A stretch of DNA of 64,000 nucleotides from Leucoraja erinacea (taxonomy: Eukaryota): contig NC_073407.1 of NCBI RefSeq assembly GCF_028641065.1, forward strand, positions 27,838,001 to 27,902,000. Direction: 5' to 3'. Made by a program: the position numbers and the translations under genes. Below are positions 13,310-55,108 of this stretch, in pieces. The notes below the pieces were generated by a model. It did not search any database. It saw nothing but the letters and a program-made list of their open reading frames with translations, and was not told the origin of the DNA. Numbering within the stretch: the first letter of the stretch is position 1; every line of letters begins with the position of its first letter.

Positions 13310-13650
13310 TAGTGGAAGGCCTGGATAGAGTGGATGTGGAGAGGATGTTTCCATTTGTGCGAGAGTCTAGGACAAGAGGGCACAACTTCAGAATTAAAAG
13401 ATGGTCCTTTAGGAAGGAGATGAGGAGGAATTTCTTTAGTCAGAGGGTGGTGAACCTGTGGAATAATTTGCCACAGACGGCTGTGGAGGCCAAGTCAGTG
13501 GATAGTTTTAAGACAGAGATAGATTCTTGATTAGTACGCGTGTCAGGGGTTATGGGGAGAAGGCAGGAGAATGGGGTTAAGAGGGAGATGGATCAGCCAT
13601 GTGAATGGGCCGAATGACCTAATTCTGCTCCAATCACTTATGACCTAATG
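13310..13650 (+). mobile_element. CR1 LINE 3' end
   Basis: GLDRVDVERMFP..ESRTRGH..RRNFFSQRVVNLWN, the typical CR1 ORF2 C-terminus. Confidence 0.8.
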
Positions 13651-13934
13651 ATATATGAAGGGCAGATCATTCTTAACCTTGATGCAGTAGATTCTGATTG
13701 ACGTCACTCAGTATAGTGACCCTGCTGTTACCCAATGTTAAGTGCAGGCCTTGCTCGATGTTCTGCTGAGCAATACTGTACCTCTTCTCACTAGGTCATT
13801 GTAGTCAAGCTCCTTAAGCTAGACCAATGTATCTTAGAAGACAAGGGAAATAAATACAATTTCACTGGCAGGATGCCTCGGTGTAGAGTAAAGATTGCAC
13901 AGGATGGCCATCTTTCACACAACACGGAAATAAA

Positions 13935-14265
13935 CAAAGAATGCTGGAGTAACTCAGCGGGACAGGCAGCATCTCTGGAAAGCGGAATGGGTGACGTTTC
14001 GGGTCAACACCCTTCTTCAAACTGAGGGTCAGGGGAGAGGGAGACTAGAGATATGGGTGGGTAAGGTGCGAAACATGACAGATCAAAGGCAATGTTGATC
14101 AAGAAAAATGTAGAATGGTTCATTGTTAGCTGAGTGGAAGGTAACAATGAGGCATACAATTTAATCAGCTGAAGAGTGAAACTAGTCGGAGAACTACGAA
14201 GTTGGAGGGACGGAGAGAGAGGGAAAGCATGGGTTACATGAAGTTGGTGAAATCAATATTCATTT
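13935..14265 (-). mobile_element. Penelope-like element 3' fragment
   Basis: Minus strand encodes MNIDFTNFM* (compare MHIDFSNFR* at 33776) followed by the terminal repeat. Confidence 0.6.
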
Positions 14266-14604
14266 GTAATCACGTACAGATGTTTGAACAAATGGGCTTA
14301 AAACATTCCGTTCACTAGAGTACAGGAGGCAGTGTGTTGGTGGCAGTGAATAGGCTGCCTGGATTTAAACTACAAACGACTGCAAGAGTCTCTTGACACT
14401 GGCAAACGTGAATTATTAATGCAATGGACACAGTAACTAAAACACCTCCCCCCTATAGATATATAATTGTCAGTTCTGTTAAGAATGGAAACAAATTATT
14501 GGTCAATCACTCATGACATCATTTTCAGAGACGTGAAATCAACAGTCGTTTTCAGATGAAAAATGTGAAACTCAATCCATACCAGGTAGTTTGCTTACAA
14601 AATA

Positions 14605-14610
14605 TTTATT
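14605..14610 (-). terminator. Candidate polyadenylation signal of TMEM203
   Basis: AATAAA on the minus strand about 700 nt after the stop. Confidence 0.45.
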
Positions 14611-15306
14611 CCACTCTCCTGGAGTCCAGCCAGGCAACTTGGTAATACAACATAGCAGAGGGAGCGGATCGACAGATGTTGCTGAACAATGAGGAAAAGG
14701 AGAAACAGGAAGAAAGGAGGATCAGGGACAATTTCTAAACTTAATTTAACATCAGGCTGGATTCATTCTCTCACTTCTTGTCCAACAAATATATCAGCCA
14801 CGTTTCTGCAAGAATCGCAGGACATAAACTCCACTGTATTTCCAACCTCTGAGAATCTTGAATAATGACCATCCAAACACAATATTCCAAATACCAGCCA
14901 AAGGGAATCTGTGGAGACATCCACTGATTGAAGTTTCACCAAAACATTAACACATTCGGGGAAGGGCGCGAGGAATCACGAAACCCTTTTCGACTGTGGA
15001 CTCTAATTACAGAACAATGGAACAACTCGAGGGCGGTCCAGGCCACTGGAGCTGAGGAACATAAATATGCTTGCTTTCAGCTTGTTTCCTTGCCGAGTTC
15101 TCTGTGCTTCTCCTCACCAGGGGCCAGCACCAAGTTCTTCATCTGCTCGTTCTGTGCTTGAATAGAGCAACACATCCCCTCACCCAGACAAGAGCTTCCG
15201 TTTAACCCAAGCCTCCATCCTTGCAACCGTCCCAATATCCCTGTGACTTGTCTATCTAGGAGTCCATCGACTTGAATGTGAAAGCCAGAGCAGGTAGTTT
15301 CAGGGT

Positions 15307-15717
15307 TCAGTTCACCCGGCAGGCCCGTATCATCAACAATTGGAGGAGAATGAAGACTGGAGACATGATGAGGCCGTACCACAGGTGGGTGCTCTGCTCG
15401 ACCAGCTTTTGGCACAGCAGCATCTCAAAGACAAACTTGAGGCTGAGAACAGTCAGGATCCAGAAGAGGCGTAGGATAGCCTGCCGTTTCTCACCGTACT
15501 GGAAGAGACGGATAGACACAATCATGGTGAAGTAGGTACTCAGCCCATCTGCAGTGAAAAGCGGGATGAAGACGTACCACCAGTCCAGTTGTCCCACAAA
15601 GTTGTCCACTTTCACGGCCAGTAGCATGGAAAATACCAGGAAGGCTGCCAGATGCAGCAGCATTTCAAACGTGGCAAAGCCCAACCACTGCACCAACTCA
15701 CGCAGTGAGAACAGCAT
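15307..15717 (-). CDS. TMEM203: Transmembrane protein 203 (136 aa, uninterrupted CDS)
   Basis: MLFSLRELVQWLGFATFE...LLQLLMIRACRVN; head-to-head with NDOR1. Confidence 0.97.
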   Translation of the reverse strand: MLFSLRELVQWLGFATFEMLLHLAAFLVFSMLLAVKVDNFVGQLDWWYVFIPLFTADGLSTYFTMIVSIRLFQYGEKRQAILRLFWILTVLSLKFVFEMLLCQKLVEQSTHLWYGLIMSPVFILLQLLMIRACRVN

Positions 15718-16849
15718 TGTGGTGGCGGTGTTGCCTGGGCCCAGAGTGCCCCGAGTCAGTCAACAGTAACCAGGGCTCACATCAGTGCAGCACCAGCTCC
15801 TGGTGTCCACTTTCCATAAACAAGCTCTTCATTCATCTTCTGGAACACAACACAAACATGACATTTTAACAGCTGGCAGTCCTCCTAATAATTATATCAG
15901 ATAATAACATATTCAAAACATGTTTGTGTAGGTAGTTCTGCTAGAATCCTTGTTTCTATAACCCCAATTTGATAGAACGTGCATGATAAATTAGGGAACA
16001 CCATTTGTATTATGTCGGCCAAATTGGTAACATCATCATTGCAATCGGGAACTACAGAACTACTTAGAAGTTACTATGGAAACTGTCAAGCTGCAAAAAA
16101 AACCTTTTAGGGGAATAACCTCCTTGGAATAATTAGACATGACTGACTCTTAACAACGTAGTTGTTACATTAACTGTGGGGTTCCATTAAAATTGACACC
16201 AATCACTTCTCTTGGCACTCGTCCAATGATACTCCATTAAACTATCAATCCAGCCATCAGTATTTATAGCTTACACTAAATAAAACAAATGTATTCCTAT
16301 TAAAAAGATGTGCAATCCTTCCTCTAGCTTCACGATTCGTATCTCTTCAACCTTTTTGTTTCATATCTCTGCTCTAATCCCTGGCCTTTGTTTCAATCAC
16401 CTGCCTGTAAAAAAAACCCTTGCCTGTACTCACCTATTACTTGCCTGCCCCCCCCCCCCTTTTACAACTTTCTTCTCCCCTCCCCACCATAATCAGTCTG
16501 AAGACAGGTCCCAACCCAAAATGTCACCTTTCCCTATTCTCCAGAGATGCTGCCGAACTTGCTGAGCTACTCCAGCACTGTCTCCATTAGTACGAATCCT
16601 GGGAGGCAGATTTGCACAACAGGAACAATTGATTGGGAGGAACCGTTACTCACGGGGATTTGGAAAATTAGAGATTATATTAATGAAACATAACAACTTC
16701 AAAGAGAGATTGGCAGGGGTTCTTCTGGCTGAGGAGACCAGAAGATGGATCCACCCTCACAAACTAAGAAATCTGCTTCAGTCCCAACAACACAGTGAAT
16801 GGGCAATAGAGGTAATAGAGGTAAAGTGAATGCAATATGGGAACATTGA

Positions 16850-17520
16850 CATAGAAACATAGACAATAGGTGAGTCAGCCATTCGGCCCTTCAAGCCAGC
16901 ACCCCCCATTCAATATGATCATAGCAGATCATCCAGAATCAGTACCCCATTCCTGCTTTCTCCCCATATCCCTTGATTCCGTTAGCCCCAAGAACAATAT
17001 CTAACTCTCGCTTGAATACATCCAGTGAATTGGCCTCCACTGCCTTCTTTGGCAGAGAATTCCACAGATACACAACTCTCTATGAGTGAAAAAGTTTTGC
17101 CTCATCTCAGTCCTAAATAGCCTACCCCTTATTCTTAAACTGTGACCCCGGTTCTGGACTCCCCCAACATGGAAAACATTTTTCCTGCATCTAGCCTGTC
17201 CAATCCCCTAATAATTTTATATGTTTCTATAAGACCCCCTCTCATCCTTCTAAATTCCAGTGAATCCAAGCCCAGTTGACCAATTCTTTCATCATATGTC
17301 AGTGAACCTCAATTTCCCTCAATAGCAAGAATATCCTTCCTCTAAACTAGGAGACCAAAATTGCACACAATACTCCAGGTGTGGTCTCACCAGGGCCCTG
17401 TACTGCTGCAGTAGGACCTCCTTGCTCCGAAACTCAAATCCTCTCGCTATGATGGCCAACATGTCATTAGCTTTCTTCTGCTGTACCTGCATGCTTACTT
17501 TCAGTGACTGATGTACATGG
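16850..17520 (-). mobile_element. CR1 LINE 3' fragment
   Basis: Reverse complement of the CR1 copy at 58474-59155. Confidence 0.8.
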
Positions 17521-17604
17521 ACATTATAAACTTTAGTAGAAAAGTCAAATACTGTTTGTTTAAATGCTGAGAGACAAGTGTTAACATGTCAGGACAGAAA
17601 GGAC

Positions 17605-18035
17605 ACTGGGCCTGTACTCACTGGAGTTTGGGAGGATGAGGGGGCACTTCATTGAAACTTACCAAAATAGTGAAAGGCCTGGACAGAGTGGATGTGGAGA
17701 GGATGTTTCCACTAGTGGGCGAGTCTAGAAGCAGATGTCACATCCTCAGAATAAAAGGAAGTACCTTTAGAGAGATGAGGAGGATTTTCTTTAGTCAGAA
17801 TGAGGTAAATCTGTGAAATTCATTGCCACGGAAAGCTGTGGAAGCCAAGTCAGTGGGTATTTTTAAGGCAGAGATTGACAGATTCTTAATTAGTTTGGGT
17901 CATGGGGTTATTGGGAGGAGGCAGGAGAATGGGGTTAAGAGGGAAAGATAGATCAGCCATGCGTGATTGAATGGTGGTGTAGACTTGATGAACCGAATGG
18001 CCTAATTCTACTCATATAACAAATGAACTTATGAA
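17605..18035 (+). mobile_element. CR1 LINE 3' fragment
   Basis: ctggagtttgggaggatgagggggc...gaaaggcctggacagagtggatgtggagagg, the CR1 tail. Confidence 0.75.
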
Positions 18036-18599
18036 GTGCTGGAGTAATTCAGCGGATCAGGCAGCATCCCTGGAGAACATGGATAGCCTCACATGTTACT
18101 GAGCAAACGATTATGGTGGCAGTGATTTGTTGGCCTTTATTGAAGAGGTTCTGAGTATAAGGGTAAAAATGTTTAATTGTAATTACATCGGGAGTCAGTG
18201 AGGTGGCATAAATATTCTGTACATTTTTTGTCTGTTTACCTAAAATATGATGTATTCACTGTAGAGTTAGTACATCAAAGATTGACCAGGCTGATTCCCA
18301 GGATGGGATGAGGAATGACTGAGAAGGCAGCACTTGTATTCTCTAGAATGTAGAAGAATGTGAGGAGATCTTATTGAAATGTAAAATACAATCAGAGAAT
18401 GCTCGCCAGATACGAGATGTTCCCCCTGAGTGGGTAGTCCTGAGCCTGGACTTCAAGCATCCAATATGAGACTAAAGGGCCATGGTTTATGTGCAGGTGG
18501 ATGTGGTGGTCCTGACATTATGCTGAGCACACACATTGTGGGCCGAAGGGCCTGTTCCCGTTCTGTGGATGTATGCCCCCCCCGCGGGCGACACATTGG

Positions 18600-19080
18600 A
18601 GGCCGGGACCCGGCGTGGGGGTTAATGCAGCCCGGGGCGGCTCAGGCCCAGGCCCAGGCCCAGCTCCACCCCGCCCTCGAGTCCGTGCTTACCCGGGGCC
18701 AGTCCAGTCCGATCCGATCCGTCGCTCGGGGCCCAGCGCTCCGCCCGGAGCCCACACGCCGCGCCGGGGAGCGGACAGCACGGTGTCGGTGTCGGTGTTG
18801 GGGAGGGGGCGGGGGGCGGGGCGGGCGGGGCGGGGGGGGGGCGGGGCCGGTGTCGGGGGGGTGCCGGGGCCGGTGCCGGGGGGGCGGGGCCGGTGCCGGG
18901 GGGGGGGCCGGTGCCGGGGGGCGGGGCCGGGCCGCTGCGGTGACCGGACACTCGACGCTGCCGGACCGACAGGAGGGGGCGCGCCGTCAGTGCGCAGGCG
19001 CGCGGGGAGCTCGCCTCTCGCGACACCGAATGCCGGGCTGCTGCGCATGCGCACTGGGAGCCGTCAGGTCACGGTCGGTG
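18600..19080. promoter_or_regulatory. Bidirectional CpG-island promoter of TMEM203/NDOR1 with putative non-coding first exons
   Basis: Perfect NRF1 palindrome TGCGCATGCGCA at 19042-19053, NRF1-like site at 18991-19002, TCTCGCGACA at 19016-19025 and many GC boxes. Minus-strand donor GTAAGC at 18692; plus-strand donor GTGAGA at 19081. Confidence 0.75.
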
Positions 19081-19084
19081 GTGA

Positions 19085-19305
19085 GAGGGGTGTGTGTGAA
19101 GGGGTGTGTGGAGAGAGGTGTGTGGGGATGGGGTGTGTAGGGGTGGGGTGTGTAGGGGTGGGGGTGATGGGTAGGGGTGGGGGTGATGGGTAGGGGTGGG
19201 GGTGTAGGGGTGTAGGTGTGATGGGTGGGGTGTGTAGGGGTGGGGGGTGTAGGGTGTGTAGGGGGGTGTAGGGGTGGGGGGTGTAGGTGTGATGGGGGTG
19301 ATGGG
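19085..19305. repeat. G/T-rich low-complexity tract (GGGGT-type)
   Basis: Direct inspection. Confidence 0.85.
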
Positions 19306-19363
19306 TGCCAAGTGCGATATATATTTAATTATTGACAATAGATGGCATCAGCTAGCAGCATGA

Positions 19364-40345
<20,982 letters not shown>

Positions 40346-40636
40346 GGGTCTCCGGCACTCATGGGTGGGAGGCCAGATCCCTGGACAGCTGTGAGTGCCC
40401 CTGCAGGGTGCCCGGTCTCAGGCTGGGATCAGTCTGCTGCTCACTGCTGAGGGGAAGGAGATTGCACGCTGTAACATCACTGGTCATTCAATGATTCACA
40501 AGTACAGTGAAATACTTGATAGCTCGATACAATCATGACTCCGACCTCACCTCAGCACAAGTGTCGCCACGTTCTGGCATTGACCAACTTACAATCTGTG
40601 ATTACATTGACCAGACTGAATGTGACAATGTAATGA

Positions 40637-40642
40637 AATAAA
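40637..40642 (+). terminator. Candidate NDOR1 polyadenylation signal
   Basis: AATAAA about 290 nt after the stop. Confidence 0.55.
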
Positions 40643-40754
40643 ATTGAGAGCAGCAGCTATGGGCTGCAGGATGGATCCCCTTGGTCTTGCTTGTGATGTT
40701 CTGAGCGTGATCACAGATCTGAGGCTACACGTGCGTTAGGTATCCTGTTCTTCC

Positions 40755-41105
40755 TGAAAGGCCTGGATAGAGTGGATATGGAGAGGCTGTTTCCACTAGT
40801 GGGAGAGTCTAGGACCAAGGGGTACAACCTCTGAATTAAAGGATGTACCTTCAGAATGGAGATGAGGAGGGATTTCTTTATCCAGGGGGTGGTGAATCCG
40901 GAATTCATTGCCGGAGACAGCTGTGGAGGCCAAGTCATTGGGTATTAAAGCAGAGATGGTTAGATTCTTCATTAGTAAGGGTGTCAAGAATTATAGGGAG
41001 AAGGCAGGAGAATGGGGTTGAGAGAGAAATATAGATCAGACATGATGGCTTGGCAGAGTTTACCTGATGGGCTGAATGGCCTAATTTTGCTCCTATTATG
41101 GTCTA
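40755..41105 (+). mobile_element. CR1 LINE 3' end
   Basis: gaaaggcctggatagagtgg...gagtctaggacc tail. Confidence 0.75.
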
Positions 41106-43934
41106 TATTTAATAATTGATTATGAATTATTCACAATATCTAAATAAAGGTTTTTTTCCTCATCAGTGATAAATGGTTTTGAGGAAATGTAACTGATAAA
41201 TATATATATATATATCTCATATGTTCATAGGATCATATAGGAGCATTTAACTCATCAAGTCTGCTTTTCATTTAATCTTAGCTGATCTATCTTTCCCTCT
41301 CAACCCTATTCTCTTGCCTTCTCCCCATAACCTTTGGCACCAGTACAAATCAAGAACTTGTAAATCTCTGCTTTAATAATGCCCATTGACTTGGCGTCCA
41401 CAGCATCTGTGGCAAGAGTTACACAGGTCTCAGGCACACTTGGCAACAGTGCATTGTGAAATGGTTCATGTAATTCCAAAGCTGATTTTTGTATCACAAG
41501 GCAATGATTGACTGTATTGAGCAACTGCCACATATGATTATGGATTGAAGCAGATGAAATTGAGACAGCATAGACTTTGGATGGACGGAAGAAAGGTATA
41601 ATTATAGTAGGAATGATCCACAGAGGGCAGTTACATACAGGTGTGTGTGATACAGAGGGTGGTGTGTGGTACAGGAGGCTCTTTGCTGCCTGTATCCAGG
41701 GACAGACACATAACTGAAGCTTTAGATGTTAATCTTCAATGAGGCTGACTGAAATAACAAGGGCAACTATCCAAGATCTTTCTATTATCCAGTGTTTCAT
41801 TTTGTTTAAACTTTTTGATGACTATTTTGAAGATAATCCCGTACTGTTTTCATAAGTTACTGTGGAATGCAAGAGCTTGCATCAACTGAACTTTGTTTTG
41901 AACATCACCGAGGGGAAGTTTAAATTAAAACAACAATATGCAGCCTGTGAGTCACCCTGTGAGGCAGAGGTGGAGATTTGGCATCAGAGTGAGAAATGTA
42001 AAAGTCATCGGGAAGAAGGTTTTTTTAGAAAAGAGACGGTGTTGGAACATGTGAAGAGTTGACGTGGTTGTGTGAGGTGGAGACACAAGGAACTGCAGAT
42101 GCTGGAATCTAGAGTATGTGATGTTAGTGAACCTTGATAGGACAGGTACTGAGAATTAGCAGCTCTCTTCAATTCACATGATAGTCATCAGTCAGGGTAA
42201 CAAGTATAGTTTATATACCTCCCTCTCCCGACATCAGTCTGAAGAAGTTCTCGACCTGAAACGTCACCCATTCCTTCTCTCCAGAGATGCTGCCTGTCCC
42301 ACTGAGTTACTCCAGCATTTTGTGTCTATGATGAGCATGGAAGCTGGGTCATCTTGGCTGGCATGGGCATGTTGGGCTGAAGGGCCTGATTCCGTGCTGT
42401 GTGCCTCTATCTATGCTGGCTGTACTTAAAACCGAAAAGAGTCTGTGTGGATTATGGTAGGCAGGAGGAGCCCTGAAAGAGATAGATAGGAATGCATTCT
42501 TATCTTGAAGCAGCAGCAGCACACTGGCTAGTGCATTCACTGTCAGGCTAATAAATGTCCAGAGTATTCAATGGGGGAAGGATCAATGGAGCAATGCTGG
42601 AACCACGAGGTTCATGCTGTCCTAATCAGTGAACATTGCTGTTAGAACTTCAGCCTGTTGTCAGCTACAGGAAGAATGGCTTTATTTGGTCCTGAGGAAA
42701 GATATACAAGGTTTAGTTTATTGTCACATGCACCAAAGTACAGTGAAAAGTTGTTTTGTTGCGTGCTATCCAGTCAGCGGAAAGACTATACATTATTACA
42801 ATCGAGCAGTCCACAGTGTGCAGATACAGGATAAAGGGAATGACGTTTAGTGCAAGGTCTGATTAAAGATAGCCTGAGGGTCTCCAATGAGGTGTAGATT
42901 GTAGTTCAGACTGCTCTCGAGTTGTGGTAGGATGGTTCAGTTGCCTGATAACAGCTGGGATGAAACTGTCATTCTGTCACAACAAGAATTTCCAGGAAGA
43001 TGGAAAAAAAAGTAATGCCATCACAAATTCATAGGAATCCCTGGCACTCAAAATGGAGAAGTGATGGCCAGGAAGGTGCTGATTGCACGGTTGTTCAGTT
43101 GTCTCATTCTCGCTGATCAATGCATGCGAGTGGTGAAGACTTGGCTGTCTTGTTGTCTAAAATCCACACGAAACAAGAATAAAAATGCTTGCAACACCTT
43201 ATGTTAACCCTCAGATCAACAATCGGACTATTATCAGGAGTAATATTAAGAGATGCAGCACACTCCTACCTCACGAGGTACAATCACCTGAGAATCTTCA
43301 CAATGATGTGCGCAAATTGTCCACTGTTTCCTACATTGTAACAGAGTCTGCATTTTAGAACATAGAACAGGCCATTCGGCCCACAATATCTCTGCCGATC
43401 ATCGTGCCAAGACCATTTCTTATCTACCTGCACATAATCATATTCCTCCAAATCTATGTGCCTATCCAAAAGCCTCTTCTATGCCACGATCGTATCTGCC
43501 ACCACCACCACGTTCCAGGCACTCACCACCCTCTGTGTGAAAAAAAAAGTTGCACACACATCTCCACAAAAGTACTCGATTGGCTGCAAAGCTCTTACAT
43601 GGAGAGGAATATCATCTGATTCTAGTTCCATTGACATATATGTTGCAACTCACTTCACAGTGTGTTACAGAAAGGGAGGTTCAGGAGTTTATGTGTTAGG
43701 TAGTTGAAAACAATGAACAAGTGAAGGCTGAGAGACTAGTTGGAGGAAAGCAGAGTTTAAAGTTTTGCAGTACTGAGGGAACTTTCAGAAACAGGAAAGG
43801 GCAAGGATGGAAATAGAAATAAACTCCTGGAATACAGTCAGGCTGCCGTGAGAAATCTTTCTCTTAGACTGTCCCACAGTTGAGGATAACTTGCTTCCAC
43901 TCGTTGTGAGGAGAGTGAAGAGTCCTGTGTGGAG

Positions 43935-44400
43935 TTAGTACAGAGAGTTATGTAGAGTAGTGGATGCAGCCCAGACCATCACACAAACCAACTTCCCATC
44001 CATGGACTCCACCTACACTTTGCGCTGCCTCGGCAAGACCAGCAGTATAATCAAGGACCAGTCTCATCCCAGTCACTATCTCTTCTCCCCTCTCCCATTG
44101 GGCAAGAGGTACAGTAGTGTGAAAACACACACCTCCAGATTCAGGGACAGTTTCTTCCCAACTGACATCAGGCAACTGAACCGTCTTCTTATCAGCCGGA
44201 GTGCAATCCTGAACCTCCCATCGACCTCATTGGAGACATTCAAACTATCTGTGATTGGACTTTTATCAGACTTTAACTTGCACTGAATGTTGCGCCCTTT
44301 ATCTGTGGACACCTTGCTTGTCATTGTGTTCTTTGTCTGGGTGGCACGCAAACTGAAGCTTTTCACTGCACCTCAGTACATGTGACAGTAATAACCTAAA
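43935..44400 (+). mobile_element. LINE 3' fragment (L2/Rex1-like)
   Basis: IIKDQSHPSHYLFSPLPLGKRYSSVKTHTSRFRDSFFP. Confidence 0.7.
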
Positions 44401-45014
44401 CTAGACAGGGGATATTGACAATGGTTTGCTTACCTTGCCAATTAATTTAGAAGATATTGTTTGAATTTCTCTAATGGAAGTTGAGATAATTTATAAATAG
44501 TACAATTATAAAAAGATATTCATGACTGATGCAGGTGCATAAGACTCAGTTTGAAAAGCAAGTTGAGAAAATGTGGTATTAAAAGCTACTGCTTAAAATG
44601 CAAGATTGTTGTGCTAATAATTTATAAAAGTTTGGTTAGGTTCAGGAAATATGTTTGACCTTAGAGAATACAGAAGGGATTTACTAGTCCCAGGAATCTT
44701 GGACTTTAGTAACTTGAAAAGGTGAGAGTATCTAGTGTGCGTTTGAGGCAGTGGGAAAACATTAATGGATGGAAAAGTGATGTCCAGCATCAGGAGGGTT
44801 TTTCACAGACTAAAAGTTCCATTCATTCATTTACGATTTAGTCGTTAACCGAAGGTCATTCATGAAAGTTAATTGACAAAAGAGCCACTGGTGTTATTTT
44901 ATAGTTGGCGAGGTTGTGGAACCAGTTTCGTGTTTACATTCCCGCTCCCTTTGGCCGTTTGTGTGTATTGAGGAATGTCCAGCAGCGCCCGGACGGGCTG
45001 AAGGGCCGCAGCTT

Positions 45015-45154
45015 GTCCCGCCTCCACACCTCGCCCATTGGCTGCTGCTCGCCGCAGCGCCCGCCCAGTGACACCAATCCACCAATCAGAGGGCGAAGCC
45101 ACGGAGACGTCATGTGTGTGTCCGTGTCCGCCCCGCAGTGGCGATCGCTTCCGG
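45015..45154 (+). promoter_or_regulatory. ALAD housekeeping-type promoter and putative non-coding exon 1
   Basis: ATTGG at 45037, CCAAT at 45074 and 45082, GACGTCA at 45106, GC boxes, ETS-like CTTCCGG, then donor GTGAGA at 45155. Confidence 0.65.
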
Positions 45155-45173
45155 GTGAGAGGGGCAGCGGGGC

Positions 45174-45760
45174 GGCCTGGGCCCGGGGGATGAAGCCTGG
45201 GGAGGGGGATGAAGCCTGGGGCCTGGGCCCGGGGGGTGAAGCCTGGGGCCTGGGCCGGGGGGTGAAGCCTGGGGCCTGGGCCCGGGGGATGAAGCCTGGG
45301 GCCTGGGCCCGGGGGATGAAGCCTGGGGCCTGGGCCCGGGGGTGGGCGATGAAGCCTGGGGCCTGGGCCCGGGGGATGAAGCCTGGGGCCTGGGCCCGGG
45401 GGTGGGGCGATGGATGGAGCCGGGGAGGGGGGTGGAGAATGGGGCCTGGGCCCGGGGGATGAAGCCTGGGGCCTGGGCCCGGGGGGGGTGATGAAGCCGG
45501 GGGCCTGGGCCCGGGGGAGGGGGGGGATGGATGGGGCCTGGGGATGGATGGGGCCTGGGCCCGGGGGATGAAGCCTGGGGCCTGGGCCCGGGGGTGGGCG
45601 ATGGATGGAGCCGGGGAGGGGGATGAAGCCTGGGGCCTGGGCCCGGGGGTGGGGCGATGGATGGAGCCGGGGAGGGGGGTGGAGATGGGGCCTGGGCCCG
45701 GGGGGGGGGGTGGAGCCTGGAGAGGGGGGTGGATGGGGCCCGGGGGAAGGGGCCCGGGGG
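45174..45760. repeat. GC-rich minisatellite, unit about 28 bp (GCCTGGGCCCGGGGGATGAAGCCTGGGG)
   Basis: Direct inspection. Confidence 0.9.
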
Positions 45761-46104
45761 ACGGAGTCGTGTTGACCGCAGGAGCAGGCCCTGGTGTGCA
45801 TTGGGCAGCGACGGGGGGTTTTTTTAAACACTGGACTGGTGGGGGCCGGAGTTGCCGCCAGGCCCAAGCAGGGAGGGAGGGACAGACAGACAGACTGACC
45901 ACAGACTCGCTGCTTTGCAGGTCAGCGGGGAATTGGGCGGTTCGGTTCCCTCCGCCTGACTTCCCGTCTCCGTGCTGCGGGCCCACACACGGTCAGGGTC
46001 ACTCTGGCGGGCTGCTGTGGTGGGGTTGGCCGCAGTCTCTGGTCCACCATCGTGTCCGAGTCCCGGCCTCTGGAAAAACAGGTCCGCAGCCACGGGGTAA
46101 CTAC

Positions 46105-46612
46105 CCACTCCCCTCTCTCCCCACCCCCCCCTCCTCTCCCACACCCCCCCCTCTCCCCACACTCCCCCCTCTCCCCCACTCCCCCCCTCTCTCCCCCCCT
46201 CTCTCCAACCAAACCCCCCCCTCCCCCCCTCTCTCCCCCACCTCCCCCCTCTCTCCCCACCCCCCCCCCTCTCTCCCCCACCCCCCTCTCTCCCCCTCCC
46301 CACTCTCCCAAAACCCCCCCCTCCCCCCCTCCCCCCACTCTCCCCCCTCTCTCCCCTCTCTCCCCCTCCCACCTCCCCTCTCTCCCCACACACCCCTCTC
46401 TCTCCCCCCTCTCTCCCCTCTCCCCCCTCCCCCCTCTCTCCCCCCTCCCCCCCTCTCCCCCCCCTCTCCCCACCACTCCCCCCTCTCCCCCACTCCCACT
46501 CTCCCCTCTCTCCCCACTCCCCCCACCCCCCCTCTCTCTCCCCCACTCTCCCCCCTCTCTCCCCACTCTCTCCCCACACCCCCCCCCTCTCTCCCCACAC
46601 CCCCTTCCCCAC
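46105..46612. repeat. C/T-rich low-complexity tract
   Basis: Direct inspection. Confidence 0.9.
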
Positions 46613-46691
46613 CACAGTTAGCTCCATGCCAGGCAACTTGGTGTTTGCGTTCTGCCCCACTGCAGTGAGAGGGTGGGGATGACGAGGGGGG

Positions 46692-46722
<31 letters not shown>

Positions 46723-46924
46723 TAAACGAGGGGGGTGGGGCTTCACTGGGGAGCTGAGAGACAAGAACCCCTCCCTGTGGATCCAGACTCTTGGGCTGAA
46801 GGTCCCGGTGACACAGTTGTCCTGTGAGCTGGGTCGTGGTGGTGTTGTCTCCCTGCCTCTCTGGGTCGTGGGTCTCATCGCCCCTTGCCCCGTGTGTTCC
46901 AGGCGCTGAGTGCCGGCCGGGACG

Positions 46925-54632
<7,708 letters not shown>

Positions 54633-55102
54633 TGTTGCTCTGCCTGGACACTGGACACATACATGGCTCGCTCCCCCCTCCTGCACCCATCTTCAGCCCC
54701 CCCAGCCTGCTCCAACCAACCTCCACTCTCCCCTGCCAGGTAGTTTGTCAGACACCAGCCTTTATACCTGAACTCTAGTGTTGAACAGAGAGTGAGATTC
54801 ACAGATGTTTAGCGCCTCTCGTGTGTGGTCACATTATGTTTTTGAATGAATCAGACCAAGAGGAAATATAAAAGATTCAAGGGACTGAGTGGATGATGTT
54901 TAAAAGATTCTGTGTGTGACTGATTTTACAAAGGATGTGAGTTTATTGCAATAGACAGAATCAGGGATTGTAAAATGAGCGAATGCAAAGGTGTTGTTAA
55001 TGAATCATGTATCTAGGGCATTACTGCTCTGTATAAAACTGCAGTTGCCGCCAGTACCATCTGTGTGAAACCATGTGGACAAATGAAATGGAATCCTCTT
55101 TT

Positions 55103-55108
55103 AATAAA
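55103..55108 (+). terminator. Candidate ALAD polyadenylation signal
   Basis: AATAAA about 470 nt after the stop. Confidence 0.45.
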
